Shown: positions 17,849 to 26,573 of the stretch, piece after piece
Layout of the letters: the number at the start of each line of letters is the position of its first letter
How positions within the stretch are numbered: position 1 is the stretch's first letter
NCBI GenBank assembly: GCA_031282945.1
Contig: JAITCX010000133.1
Coordinates: forward strand, 1-26,573
DNA length: 26,573 bases
Source of the DNA: Elusimicrobiota bacterium
GTDB taxonomy: Bacteria; Elusimicrobiota; Endomicrobiia; Endomicrobiales; Endomicrobiaceae
Direction of reading: 5' to 3'
Made by a program: the position numbers and the translations under genes
The notes under the pieces: model-generated
Databases searched by the model: none
Told to the model about the DNA's origin: nothing
The model's input: the letters and a program-made list of their open reading frames with translations, nothing else

Positions 17849-17877
17849 TTTATAATAAATTTTTGAGTCAAAGTCAA
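17849..17877 (-). promoter_or_regulatory. Sigma70 promoter for the aminotransferase-hom operon
   Basis: Minus strand TTGACT (17877-17872), N17, TATAAA (17854-17849). Confidence 0.6.
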
Positions 17878-17952
17878 AGCGTGGAAATTTATAAGCTCAT
17901 AGACTTTTTATAAAACAAATAGAGAATTTTGCAGCAGGACAGGAGGACGTTT

Positions 17953-18987
17953 ATGGTTAAAAAAATTTTGGTAGGGGTTATGGCTATTACATTTTTTACA
18001 AGCGCCGCACTGGCGCAAGGCATTTTTGGTTTTGTACCGCAAGTCGGCGACACAATCGCCGCCTCAGATTATTCTCAAAACTCTAATTGGCTGGCTTTGC
18101 CAAAAGATAAGGATATAAAAGATGAGGTGGATGTTTTTTATATTTACCCAACTGTTTGGACGGCAAATGGAGGTTATCCTATAGCTGATATAAACGATAA
18201 AAATATGAGAACAAGCGCCCAACAAAATTTTAAACTGCAGGGCTCGGCTTTTAAAGTCGGCAATATGTTTGCCCCTTATTATAGGCAATTGGATGTGGCT
18301 TACGCTATCTCAAAAGGCGGCTTGAGGGGAGGCGCATTGGCATTTTATAGAGGCGTTCCTAAAACGGATATTATCGCCGCTTTTGACTATTATATTAAAC
18401 ATTATAATAACGGCAGACCTTTTATTTTGGCAGGCCATTCTCAAGGGTCAATTATGATAAAAGAAATTTTGTTTGATTATATGAAAGAACACCCTGAAGT
18501 TTATCAAAGAATGATTGCGGCTTATATCATTGGAGCGCCGGTTACAAAAGAGGACTATGCCGCCCATCCATATCTTAAAGCGGCAAAATCAGCCGCCGAT
18601 TTAGGCGTTATCATTTCATATAATACTCAAGCGCCCGGTTGGGATATAAAAAATCCATTGGTGCTGCCAAATTCTGTAATGATAAATCCTATTTCATGGT
18701 CAACTACCGAACAAGAAGCTCCTGCAAAAAATAATTTAGGGACAATCGTCATAGAGGATGGAAAAGCTAAAAAAGTGGTCGGTATTGCAGATGCAAAAAT
18801 AGATTATAAAGCCAATGCTCTCATTTGTTCAACCGTTGAGATCATGCAATTTAGTTCGTCTCAGGCTCTCAGGCAGTTTTTTCCTCTGGGCGTTTACCAC
18901 GAAAACGACATTTTGCTTTATTATTATAATCTCAATCAAAACGCTAAAGATAGAGCCGCCAATTATCTTAAAACAAAGAAAAAATAA
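17953..18987 (+). CDS. Exported DUF3089-family alpha/beta hydrolase
   Basis: Signal peptide 'MVKKILVGVMAITFFTSAALA'; 'DVFYIYPT', 'FAPYYRQ', nucleophile elbow 'RPFILAGHSQGS'; AGGAGG at 17941 supports ATG 17953. Confidence 0.82.
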   Translation: MVKKILVGVMAITFFTSAALAQGIFGFVPQVGDTIAASDYSQNSNWLALPKDKDIKDEVDVFYIYPTVWTANGGYPIADINDKNMRTSAQQNFKLQGSAFKVGNMFAPYYRQLDVAYAISKGGLRGGALAFYRGVPKTDIIAAFDYYIKHYNNGRPFILAGHSQGSIMIKEILFDYMKEHPEVYQRMIAAYIIGAPVTKEDYAAHPYLKAAKSAADLGVIISYNTQAPGWDIKNPLVLPNSVMINPISWSTTEQEAPAKNNLGTIVIEDGKAKKVVGIADAKIDYKANALICSTVEIMQFSSSQALRQFFPLGVYHENDILLYYYNLNQNAKDRAANYLKTKKK

Positions 18988-19023
18988 ATGGATATTTTAA
19001 AAATATTTCTTAAAGGAAAACAA

Positions 19024-19758
19024 ATGAAAAAAATTTTAACGCTTGCATTAGCTTTAATTATCGGCATTGGCGCAAACGCTTTCGGCGCGGCAGGTCAAAT
19101 AAATGCAAAATTTGAATTAGGCGCTATCAATAATTTATACGGTCATGCGAGATTAGAGGCGGATCTGACAGACGGCGGCGTCATAATAGATAATACCGAT
19201 GTTACTGAAAATTTAGATACAACAGCTCCAATGGGTTTTGCATTTTACGGCGAATACCTTTATCCAATTATAAAAATCTTAAAAGTGGGCGGGGGTATGG
19301 GATACTCTTATCAAGGAAATATTCCAGTGCGCTTTGGAAATACAGACGTAAAAGACGCCAACAATGAGTCGCTAACTTACAGCGCAAATATTTTTCCTGT
19401 TTATCTCACTGTTCAATTTCATCCAATACCAGAAGTTGAGGGGCTTTTTGTGAAAGGAAATTTAGGACTTGCGCTTATCACATCTTTTGCTTTTAGCTCC
19501 CCTGAAATCTATAACGGCTACTCAAAAACATTGACGTCAAATATGTATTACGGCATTTCAACGGGCTATGAATTTGCAAGCGGTTTCATTTGCGAATTGG
19601 CGTTTTCAGCTATTAACTATAGAGTAAAATATACCGATTCTAATTCGCGCGTATTTGACGATGAGGGCAATCTCCTAGACGGTCTTGAAACATCCTCAAG
19701 GCAAACATGGCATTTTTCATATAGGAGAATTGGTTTAATTGCTGGATTTAAGTTTTAA
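19024..19758 (+). CDS. Outer-membrane beta-barrel protein, paralog of 10034-10795
   Basis: Signal peptide 'MKKILTLALALIIGIGANAFG'; C-terminal 'GLIAGFKF'; AAAGGA RBS before ATG 19024. Confidence 0.7.
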   Translation: MKKILTLALALIIGIGANAFGAAGQINAKFELGAINNLYGHARLEADLTDGGVIIDNTDVTENLDTTAPMGFAFYGEYLYPIIKILKVGGGMGYSYQGNIPVRFGNTDVKDANNESLTYSANIFPVYLTVQFHPIPEVEGLFVKGNLGLALITSFAFSSPEIYNGYSKTLTSNMYYGISTGYEFASGFICELAFSAINYRVKYTDSNSRVFDDEGNLLDGLETSSRQTWHFSYRRIGLIAGFKF

Positions 19759-19783
19759 ATAAATTATTTTTATAAAAGTTTAG

Positions 19784-19816
19784 AAAAAAGCCCCGCCGTT
19801 TTCGGCGGGGTTTTTT
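19784..19816. terminator. Bidirectional intrinsic terminator between the convergent beta-barrel and res genes
   Basis: AAAAAAG-CCCCGCCG-TTTT-CGGCGGGG-TTTTTT. Confidence 0.85.
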
Positions 19817-19867
19817 GTTGTAAACCAATTAGTTTTATTGTTTTTAACTTTTAAAAGCCAAGCAAAT

Positions 19868-22636
19868 TTATTCTATTTCCAATTCAGCTTTAAAAGCTTT
19901 TTCAAAATCAGCGCGATGTTTTTCATTATAAAAAGGCAGACCGATGAGCCGCCAATTTTTATTTTTTGTTTCTGTCGGTTCTTGTTTTTTCTCCACTTTT
20001 GAAATTGCCGTTAACATTTCCTGTTTCCAATCATCTTTCTCCAAAAGATGATCGCCTTTTGGTTCTATATAAAAAATATAATCAATATTATTTTTTCTCA
20101 TACATAAAACAAAATCAGGTTCAAAACCCTCTGCGTAATGGGCATTGTTCAAATAAGAATAGAGCTTTAATTTTCCTTCATTTCTTGCCAAGTAAATATT
20201 TTCCCAGCCCGCTTTCTTTAAAGTATTTATAAAACCATGAAACCATTTTACAAAAGATTTCTCCTCTGCAGTTCCAAAATTGTCGTTATAGACATACCAC
20301 TCATAGCGCGACAAATCCAATTGGTATTTTTCATTTTTTGGATTGTTTTGAGAAAAGCCGATTTCGCCGTCCCGCTCTTTTTTATATTTTCTCACAACTT
20401 CCTCTAAAAAATAATCTTTATATGGTTTTGATACAAAATATTCTTTCACTTTAATTCTTTTTTGTTCTTGTTTAACTTCTGTTTCCGCTTCCCTGCAAAC
20501 GCAATTTGCAATTTTCAATAAATCATCTCTGGAAAATGAATTTTCATCTTTATAAGTTTTAACTAAAACTGGATATTTGCCCAACAGCGCAATATATTCA
20601 CTCAGGCTTTTTAGTTCTGGATAAGCTTGTTTTAGACGATCAAAAGTTAAATTTTTATTGGAATTTATTGCAAATCTAATAATATTATTATATGGAACTA
20701 AATCTGCAAGCGTTTTGTTTGAAATAATTTTTAGCTCCGTTTCATCGTCTTGCAAATCGGATTTTAGATCAATTTTATTTTCATTTTCAAAGATCTCATG
20801 GGTAAAACTTTTCCCGCTTTCAAAAATAATTTCCGCTTGATTTTTTTGCGCATAATTTGGAATTGGCAAATCCTCTTTGGGATTGGTTTTAGAGATCGGT
20901 TCAATTTCATTTTCATCCATTAGCCCCAATCTCCCCTGATTGTCATACTTGAGATCTTTTTTGGAATATATTCCATTTACATATACTGAACCATTGTTAT
21001 ACAAGTCTGTTTTTGTAAAATCTTTTTTCATTTTAAGACTTATTTTCACAACTTCATCTCCCGCTATTAGACCTTCTTTATTTAAAGTGTGGCGAATCTC
21101 AGAAATATAACGATGATCATTTTTGCAGTGATAATGCATTTGTTCAATAATGCGCAGAGGTTCGGTTTCATTTTCATCAAATTTGCGGCGATATTTATCC
21201 TCGCCCTGATATTCAAAAGGAAAATATCTGGCGCCGCGGCCGATCAATTGAGCTTCCGAAATTGTTGTTTTGCCCGCCTTATAACTATCGCCTCTTTTGT
21301 ATTCGCCGTCGCGTTCATCATAAAGCCTGACGATATCAAACAAATTTAAAACATCCCAACCTTCATTTAAAATATTTACTGCAAAAATTGCCCGCACGGG
21401 ATTGTCCTGTTGTTCCAAAGTATTTAAAAGTTTATCCTGTCCTGCAACCAATCTTTCATTTGAGCGGTCATGAATTATTACTCTGTTTGTATCCAAAGCA
21501 AAATCCATTTTTAACTCACTTGCTAGATCGTCTAACTCTTTAAATTTAGAGCAAAAATACACAGCGGCTTTTTTTAAAATATTGCTATCGTCATCGGCTT
21601 TTTGAGCATTAAAAATTTTTTTAATTTTAGCGCCGCTTAAATTTGAAATCATTTTGTTAAATTTATCAAAAGCTTGCTTGCTCATTTCAGTCGGCTTTTT
21701 ATTATCTTTCGTTCCTTTGCTTTTAAATAAAATTATAGGTTTTAAAGCTATTTTATGCTCTTGGGCGATATGTTTTCTGTATTGCGAAATCAAAACGGCT
21801 CTCAACATTATTCCCTCTAAATCATTGTCCAAATCAATGCTGATAGCATTTGTAAAAACGTCTTTTGAATATCCGTCCTCGCGAAATTTTTTCAATGCAT
21901 AATCAAATAAAAGTTTATCCTCATAAATTTTTTTTGTGGCGGGATCGTCTAGTCCCGCGGTAGCGGTAAACTCAAACAAATAATTTTTTGCATTAGCTTT
22001 TAAAACTTCCTGCACAGAATTGCCCCAATTATTATCCTCATCTTTTTCAGCTTTTGTTGGATTATTGTGATGCGCTTCGTCTGCAAGCATTACAACAGAA
22101 ATATCCCTATCTTTAAAAGTATCAATTGAAATTGAATTTTCTGTTGTAGAGTCAGGCGATATTAATTGATGCAGTTTATGAATTGTAGAAAGTTTAATAT
22201 TTATTGCATGGTTATCGGTATTATCAAAAGTTTCCACTTGTTTTATGGGAACAATTCGGCCGTCAATTTCAATTTTTTGCGCAAACTGAAATTTCGGCGA
22301 TGATGAATTAATAAAATTATCTTTGCTTTTTATAATTATGTTTACTGAATTTACAAAAAACCAAAAATTTCTTTGACCTCTTTTATACATTTCCAAAATT
22401 AAAGCCGCCATAATTAAAGTTTTGCCGCTGCCCGTTGCCATTTGCCAAAGCAAATGATTTTGTTTATCAATTAAATTTTTATCAAAATCATAAAGGGGTT
22501 TATCGCTAAAATAATACAGCGCTTTGGAAATCGCTTCTTGCTGATACGGTCTTAAGGGATAGGCGAGGTTATCGGCGATATAGTCTGGTATTGGGGGAAA
22601 CTCGTCTTTGTGCGTGTTTAAAATTTTTTCTAACAT
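19868..22636 (-). CDS. res: Type III restriction endonuclease Res subunit (SF2 helicase plus C-terminal PD-(D/E)xK nuclease)
   Basis: 'LRPYQQEA', Walker A 'MATGSGKT', 'LADEAHH', 'EFTATA', 'LNEGWDV', 'QLIGRGARYFP', 'FEPDFVL...IEPKG'; GAGGAG RBS before ATG 22636. Confidence 0.9.
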   Translation of the reverse strand: MLEKILNTHKDEFPPIPDYIADNLAYPLRPYQQEAISKALYYFSDKPLYDFDKNLIDKQNHLLWQMATGSGKTLIMAALILEMYKRGQRNFWFFVNSVNIIIKSKDNFINSSSPKFQFAQKIEIDGRIVPIKQVETFDNTDNHAINIKLSTIHKLHQLISPDSTTENSISIDTFKDRDISVVMLADEAHHNNPTKAEKDEDNNWGNSVQEVLKANAKNYLFEFTATAGLDDPATKKIYEDKLLFDYALKKFREDGYSKDVFTNAISIDLDNDLEGIMLRAVLISQYRKHIAQEHKIALKPIILFKSKGTKDNKKPTEMSKQAFDKFNKMISNLSGAKIKKIFNAQKADDDSNILKKAAVYFCSKFKELDDLASELKMDFALDTNRVIIHDRSNERLVAGQDKLLNTLEQQDNPVRAIFAVNILNEGWDVLNLFDIVRLYDERDGEYKRGDSYKAGKTTISEAQLIGRGARYFPFEYQGEDKYRRKFDENETEPLRIIEQMHYHCKNDHRYISEIRHTLNKEGLIAGDEVVKISLKMKKDFTKTDLYNNGSVYVNGIYSKKDLKYDNQGRLGLMDENEIEPISKTNPKEDLPIPNYAQKNQAEIIFESGKSFTHEIFENENKIDLKSDLQDDETELKIISNKTLADLVPYNNIIRFAINSNKNLTFDRLKQAYPELKSLSEYIALLGKYPVLVKTYKDENSFSRDDLLKIANCVCREAETEVKQEQKRIKVKEYFVSKPYKDYFLEEVVRKYKKERDGEIGFSQNNPKNEKYQLDLSRYEWYVYNDNFGTAEEKSFVKWFHGFINTLKKAGWENIYLARNEGKLKLYSYLNNAHYAEGFEPDFVLCMRKNNIDYIFYIEPKGDHLLEKDDWKQEMLTAISKVEKKQEPTETKNKNWRLIGLPFYNEKHRADFEKAFKAELEIE

Positions 22637-22637
22637 T

Positions 22638-24649
22638 TTAGCTCCTCTCATAAAATTTTTCATTTAATTTTTTATCAATTTCTGCAATATTTTTATCCTC
22701 ATCATCTATATCCGCAAAATTGACGTACAAAGTATTTGCGTCTACCACCTCTTTCAATATTTCCTTCTTTTTAGAGATATTTAATTTCTCAAAATCATCA
22801 AACTCCTCGGGGTCTACTCTATAACTCAAAAAACTTGAATCTTTAGCTTTTTCCAATAATGCATTTAATTCCTCATCGCTTTTTGCATTGTCTACTTCAT
22901 CTATAAAATCTTGAGAATCGTTTGCCAAACTCATGTAAACAAAACTTGCGGCGTCTTGATTATTTTCTATTACTTTCGGCAAACTTTCCAATTGCAATTT
23001 AACTTGCCCCTCAATTTGTTCTATGCCGATAAAACGTCTTTTCATTTTCATTGCGGCAACTGAAGTTGTCCCGCTGCCGCTAAAAAAATCAAGGACTAGA
23101 TCATTTTCTTTTGTAGCTAAATTCAAGCACCACTCAATTAATCCCTCTGGTTTTGGATACATATTTGAGACTTTTTCATCAAGTCTATTATTCATTGCTA
23201 TCGTGCCTTGTGAATTTGGAAATTGGTCAAGCCAAGTTTTTTGGCGTTGATACTTATTTTGATCCTCATCTTTTGCAAAATAATGTTTTATTTTTATTAT
23301 TCCATTTTCTACAATTAAATCTTTATAATCGCTATCAAATTTTTTCTTGCTCCACATCCAACACCCATCATCGCCCTTATGTTTTTTAGGAATATACATA
23401 TTTATCGTTTTTTTAGGTTTTTCATAACTCAAAACACCGCAGTTATTTTCATATATTTCATAATACAAATTCGGCCGCGCCGAGCGAGTTCCATGCGGTC
23501 CATTATCTTGTAAGGGAACGGTATAATATTTGCCTCGTTCATCTTTATATGGATATGATTTTTGACCAACTATCGTTTTATTATAAATTGAATCCTTTGT
23601 TTTACTATATATCAATAAATAGTCATGAAGTTTTTGCAATTCGTGGTCGGATTTAGTAGTTACCGACCCTGCAGTTTTTCTTGGACAAGTTGCTACATAG
23701 TTTTCAACTCCAAAAATCTCATCCATTAAAAGCCGCATATACGCCTGTCCGTCATCGCCCATTGAAACCATAATTGAACCGTCATCCGCCAATAATTCTT
23801 TTGCAATAGTTAAGCGGTTTCTCATAAATGTAAGCCATGTAGATAAAGGAAAGTTTGAATTATACCTGAAGGTGTCGCTGTCTCTTACATCATTAAAATA
23901 GTAAGGCGGATCAATATAGATCAATTTCACTTTCCCGGCAAAACGACTTTTCAATGAATGCAAAACCACTAAATTATTTCCCTTAATAATTAAATTGTCT
24001 TTATCAAAATCTATATTTTCTAAACTGCCTGCGCTTACTTCGCATTTAAATTTTTCTATTGTTAAGCCGCCGTCTATTTTTTGATTTTTTTTAATCCCTT
24101 GATATTTTTTAAAATTTACAAAAACTTTCTCGTCTAAAAGTCTGTTGATTTGTTCGGGGGCGAGAATTTCATTAAAAAAGATTTCCTGTCTTTTTTGATC
24201 GTCTTTACTTTGGCCTCCTTCCAGTATGCAGTCTTTATAAGGCCAATTTAAAACTATGTCTTGGCTGTCGTCTAAAAATCTTTCGCCGACTGCCAAACCA
24301 ATGCGGTTTTTATATTTAGTAAAAGAATCTTTTAAATATTCTTTTTTATTTATAAATGTTAAAAAAGTATCAAGTTTAAAAATCCAAGTGTTTTCATTTA
24401 TGGCGGTAAACAACCATTTTTTTATTTGTTCATTTGAGCTAAGAAGCGATAGCAAATCTTTATCAAACTCTCTAGCTTTTTGCGATACTAAATTTTTATT
24501 AATTATTTTTTTGTCGGGGTCGTCAGGTAAGTTTATGAGGTATTCGGTTTTTGAGTTTAATAATTTTTCAAGGGAAGTTTGCAGAGTTTCTAACTCTCCG
24601 TACCCCCCACCCCCCCCCCCCCGTGTAAATTATCCCTGTTTTTTGACAT
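22638..24649 (-). CDS. mod: Type III R-M DNA methyltransferase Mod, frameshifted (phase-OFF) at a poly-G tract
   Basis: 'KVKLIYIDPPY' and 'VLDFFSGSGTT' (beta-class N6-adenine MTase). The frame stays open upstream of the track's TTG 24455 up to the G tract. The likely start is ATG 24649 (GGAGG 8 nt upstream), which is out of frame with G13. Confidence 0.85.
24603..24622 (-). repeat. Homopolymer tract G13-T-G6 (C6-A-C13 on +) in the 5' end of mod
   Basis: C at 24603-24608, A at 24609, C at 24610-24622. Confidence 0.95.
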
Positions 24650-24826
24650 TTTTTCATCCTCCCTTTTCTTATTTTTTACCGCTATTTTTAATAAATTGCT
24701 GAAAACTTTATTTTCATTTTGGTAAATCTTAAAAAACATTGAAGGATGAAAAGTGGGTTAGGGGGGATTAGGGGGCCAAAAGCATTCTCGTTTTTATGTA
24801 TTTTTTTAAGATTCATTTTATTACAA

Positions 24827-25341
24827 ATCAATATTTTGTAGACTTTTCTTTTACTATTTTTTACTTTAATATCATCAATTTAGCAAATTTACTAAAATAA
24901 TATCTTTAAAAATCAGGAGGATAAATTTATGATTGGAGCAATAGTCGGCGATATTGTATGGTCGCGTTTTGAATTTAATAATTATAAAAGCAAAGAATTT
25001 GAACTTTTTACTAAAGATTGTTTTGCTACCGATGACACCATTATGACTTTAGCTATCGCTAAAGCTATTATGGAAACGTCTAAAAATGTAAAACAAAATA
25101 AAAATGAATACGGCGCCGCCTTCCATCATAAATTGGGAGAGCTGAGTGTAAAGTATATGCAGGAAATCGGCAGAAAATATCCCACTTGCGGTTTTGGGGG
25201 AATGTTTTTCAAATGGGTATTTAGCGCAAATCCCGAGCCTTACAATAGTTATGGCAATGGAGCGGCGATGCGCATTAGTCCAATTGGTTTTATAGCAAAC
25301 AATATTTTGCAAGCGCAAGAACTTGCAAAAACGGTTACGCA
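24827..25341 (+). repeat. Copy 1 of the duplicated upstream region plus ADP-ribosylglycohydrolase 5' part (copy 2 at 26047 to window end)
   Basis: ATCAATATTTTGTA...AATCAGGAGGAT.AATTTATGATTGGAGCAATAG is shared by both copies; homology continues through the coding sequence. End coordinate is approximate. Confidence 0.9.
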
Positions 25342-25774
25342 GGTGACGCACAATCATCCCGAGGGAATTAAGGGCGCTCAAGCTGTTGCAGGCGCCGTTT
25401 TTATGGCCCTAAACTGCGCTACAAAGAGAGAAATTAAACAATATATCATAGACAATTATTATCCATTGGATTTTCGTATAGACGATATCCGCAATACATA
25501 TTCTTTCAATGAAACATGTCAGGAAACTGTGCCGCAAGCTATTGAATGTTTTCTGGAATCACACTCTTTTGAGGATGCCCTCCGCATCGGAGTTTCCCTT
25601 GGGGGCGACACCGACACCATATGCGCAATAACGGGCGCTATTGCGGAAGCTTATTACGGAGCGCCTGCGGCCGTAAAAGAAAAAGCGCTCAAGTTTTTAG
25701 ACGATGAACTTTTGACTATTTATAAGCAATGGAGAGAATTTGTATCCGCTAAATACGAGAATATTTTCCTTTAA
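24929..25774 (+). CDS. ADP-ribosylglycohydrolase family protein (DraG/ARH), copy 1
   Basis: 281 aa; 'GAIVGDIV', 'TDDT', 'SYGNGAAMR', 'THNHPEG', 'GGDTDTICAITG'; AGGAGG RBS. Confidence 0.9.
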   Translation: MIGAIVGDIVWSRFEFNNYKSKEFELFTKDCFATDDTIMTLAIAKAIMETSKNVKQNKNEYGAAFHHKLGELSVKYMQEIGRKYPTCGFGGMFFKWVFSANPEPYNSYGNGAAMRISPIGFIANNILQAQELAKTVTQVTHNHPEGIKGAQAVAGAVFMALNCATKREIKQYIIDNYYPLDFRIDDIRNTYSFNETCQETVPQAIECFLESHSFEDALRIGVSLGGDTDTICAITGAIAEAYYGAPAAVKEKALKFLDDELLTIYKQWREFVSAKYENIFL

Positions 25775-25800
25775 ATTTTTTTAATATTTTCCGCTATTTT

Positions 25801-26049
25801 TTATTTATTATTAATTTCTCTATAAAATTTTTCATTTAATTTTTTATCAATTTCTGCAATATTTTTATCCTCATCGTCTATATCTGTAAAATTTACATAT
25901 AGGGTATTGGCATCTACAATTTCTTTTAATATTTCCTTCTTTTGAGAAATATTAAATTCATCAAAACCATTAAATTTATGAGGGTCTATTCTATAGCTTA
26001 AAAAACTTGAATTTTTAGCTTTTTTCAATAATGCATTTAATTGTTCATC
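25801..26049 (-). pseudogene. Duplicated 3' fragment of mod
   Basis: 'KAKNSSFLSYRIDP...KKEILKEIVDANTLYVNFTDIDDEDKNIAEIDKKLNEKFY' matches the Mod C-terminus; 25822-25875 is identical to 22650-22703. Confidence 0.88.
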
Positions 26050-26145
26050 AATATTTTGTATACTTTTTTTACTATTTTTTACTTTAATATCATTATTTAG
26101 CAAATTTACTAAAATAATATCTTTAAAAATCAGGAGGATCAATTT

Positions 26146-26573
26146 ATGATTGGAGCAATAGCAGGCGATATTATAGGGTCTCGTTTTGAATTTAATAATT
26201 GCAAAAGCAAAGAATTTAAACTTTTTAGCAAAGATTGTTCTGCTACCGACGACAGCATAATGACCTTAGCTATCGCTAAAGCCATTATGGAAGCCGCTAA
26301 AAATAAAATGCAAAACAAAAATGAATACGACGTCGCTTTTCATGACGCATTAGGCAAGCTGACTGTAAAGCATATGCAAGAATTGGGACGCAAATACCCC
26401 GACTGCGGTTTTGGCGGTATGTTTTTCAAATGGGTATTTAGCGCAAATCCCGAGCCTTACAATAGTTATGGCAATGGAGCGGCGATGCGCATTAGTTCTG
26501 TTGGATTTATAGCAAACAATATTTTGCAAGCGCAGCAGCTTGCAAAAACCGTTACAGAAGTGACGCACACTCA
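26146..26573 (+). CDS. ADP-ribosylglycohydrolase family protein, copy 2 (cut by the window end)
   Basis: ATG 26146 with AGGAGG; translates MIGAIAGDIIGSRFEFNN...TDDS...SYGNGAAMR...VTHT and is open to the edge. Not in the ORF track because it has no stop in the window. Confidence 0.88.
   Translation, partial: MIGAIAGDIIGSRFEFNNCKSKEFKLFSKDCSATDDSIMTLAIAKAIMEAAKNKMQNKNEYDVAFHDALGKLTVKHMQELGRKYPDCGFGGMFFKWVFSANPEPYNSYGNGAAMRISSVGFIANNILQAQQLAKTVTEVTHT

Noticed and set aside
22900-23030. Mod C-terminal segment seems shorter than the 'EQGGISK..W.GGGSF' region I recall in homologues
   Set aside because: Based on memory only; the frame is intact and natural variation cannot be excluded without an alignment.
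24453-24455. TTG 24455 as the real mod start
   Set aside because: No RBS; the Mod-like frame continues about 55 codons upstream to the G tract, and a strong RBS-ATG exists at 24649.
24256-24702. 148-aa plus-strand ORF with a poly-Pro run
   Set aside because: Antisense translation of the mod 5' end and its C tract.

Overview
AT-rich bacterial chromosomal window. The paralogous beta-barrels, TMTC-like/TPR membrane protein and DUF1844 suggest an Elusimicrobiota/Endomicrobium-like diderm anaerobe (inference only). Five blocks: (1) 580-8686, one minus-strand operon: pseudouridine-5'-phosphate glycosidase psuG, YjjI-family glycyl radical enzyme, its YjjW activase, and a complete BMP-type nucleoside ABC transporter. 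This points to an undescribed anaerobic, radical-based nucleoside catabolic pathway. (2) 8690-10030, a ~1.3 kb non-coding stretch of structured repeats: a degenerate palindrome array, a nested long inverted-repeat element with alternative pairing partners, and a symmetric cruciform (two different GC hairpins plus a perfect 17-bp inverted repeat around a promoter-like core). (3) 10034-17749, a minus-strand run: aminotransferase, hom, DUF1844, two GT-C-like membrane proteins, queE-like radical SAM, outer-membrane beta-barrel. (4) 17953-19758, DUF3089 hydrolase plus a paralogous beta-barrel. (5) 19868-26573, a type III restriction-modification system whose mod gene is frameshifted OFF at a G13 tract after codon 9. 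It sits divergent from tandemly duplicated ADP-ribosylglycohydrolase genes separated by a duplicated mod 3' fragment. All calls are by eye from motifs; no database searches were run.
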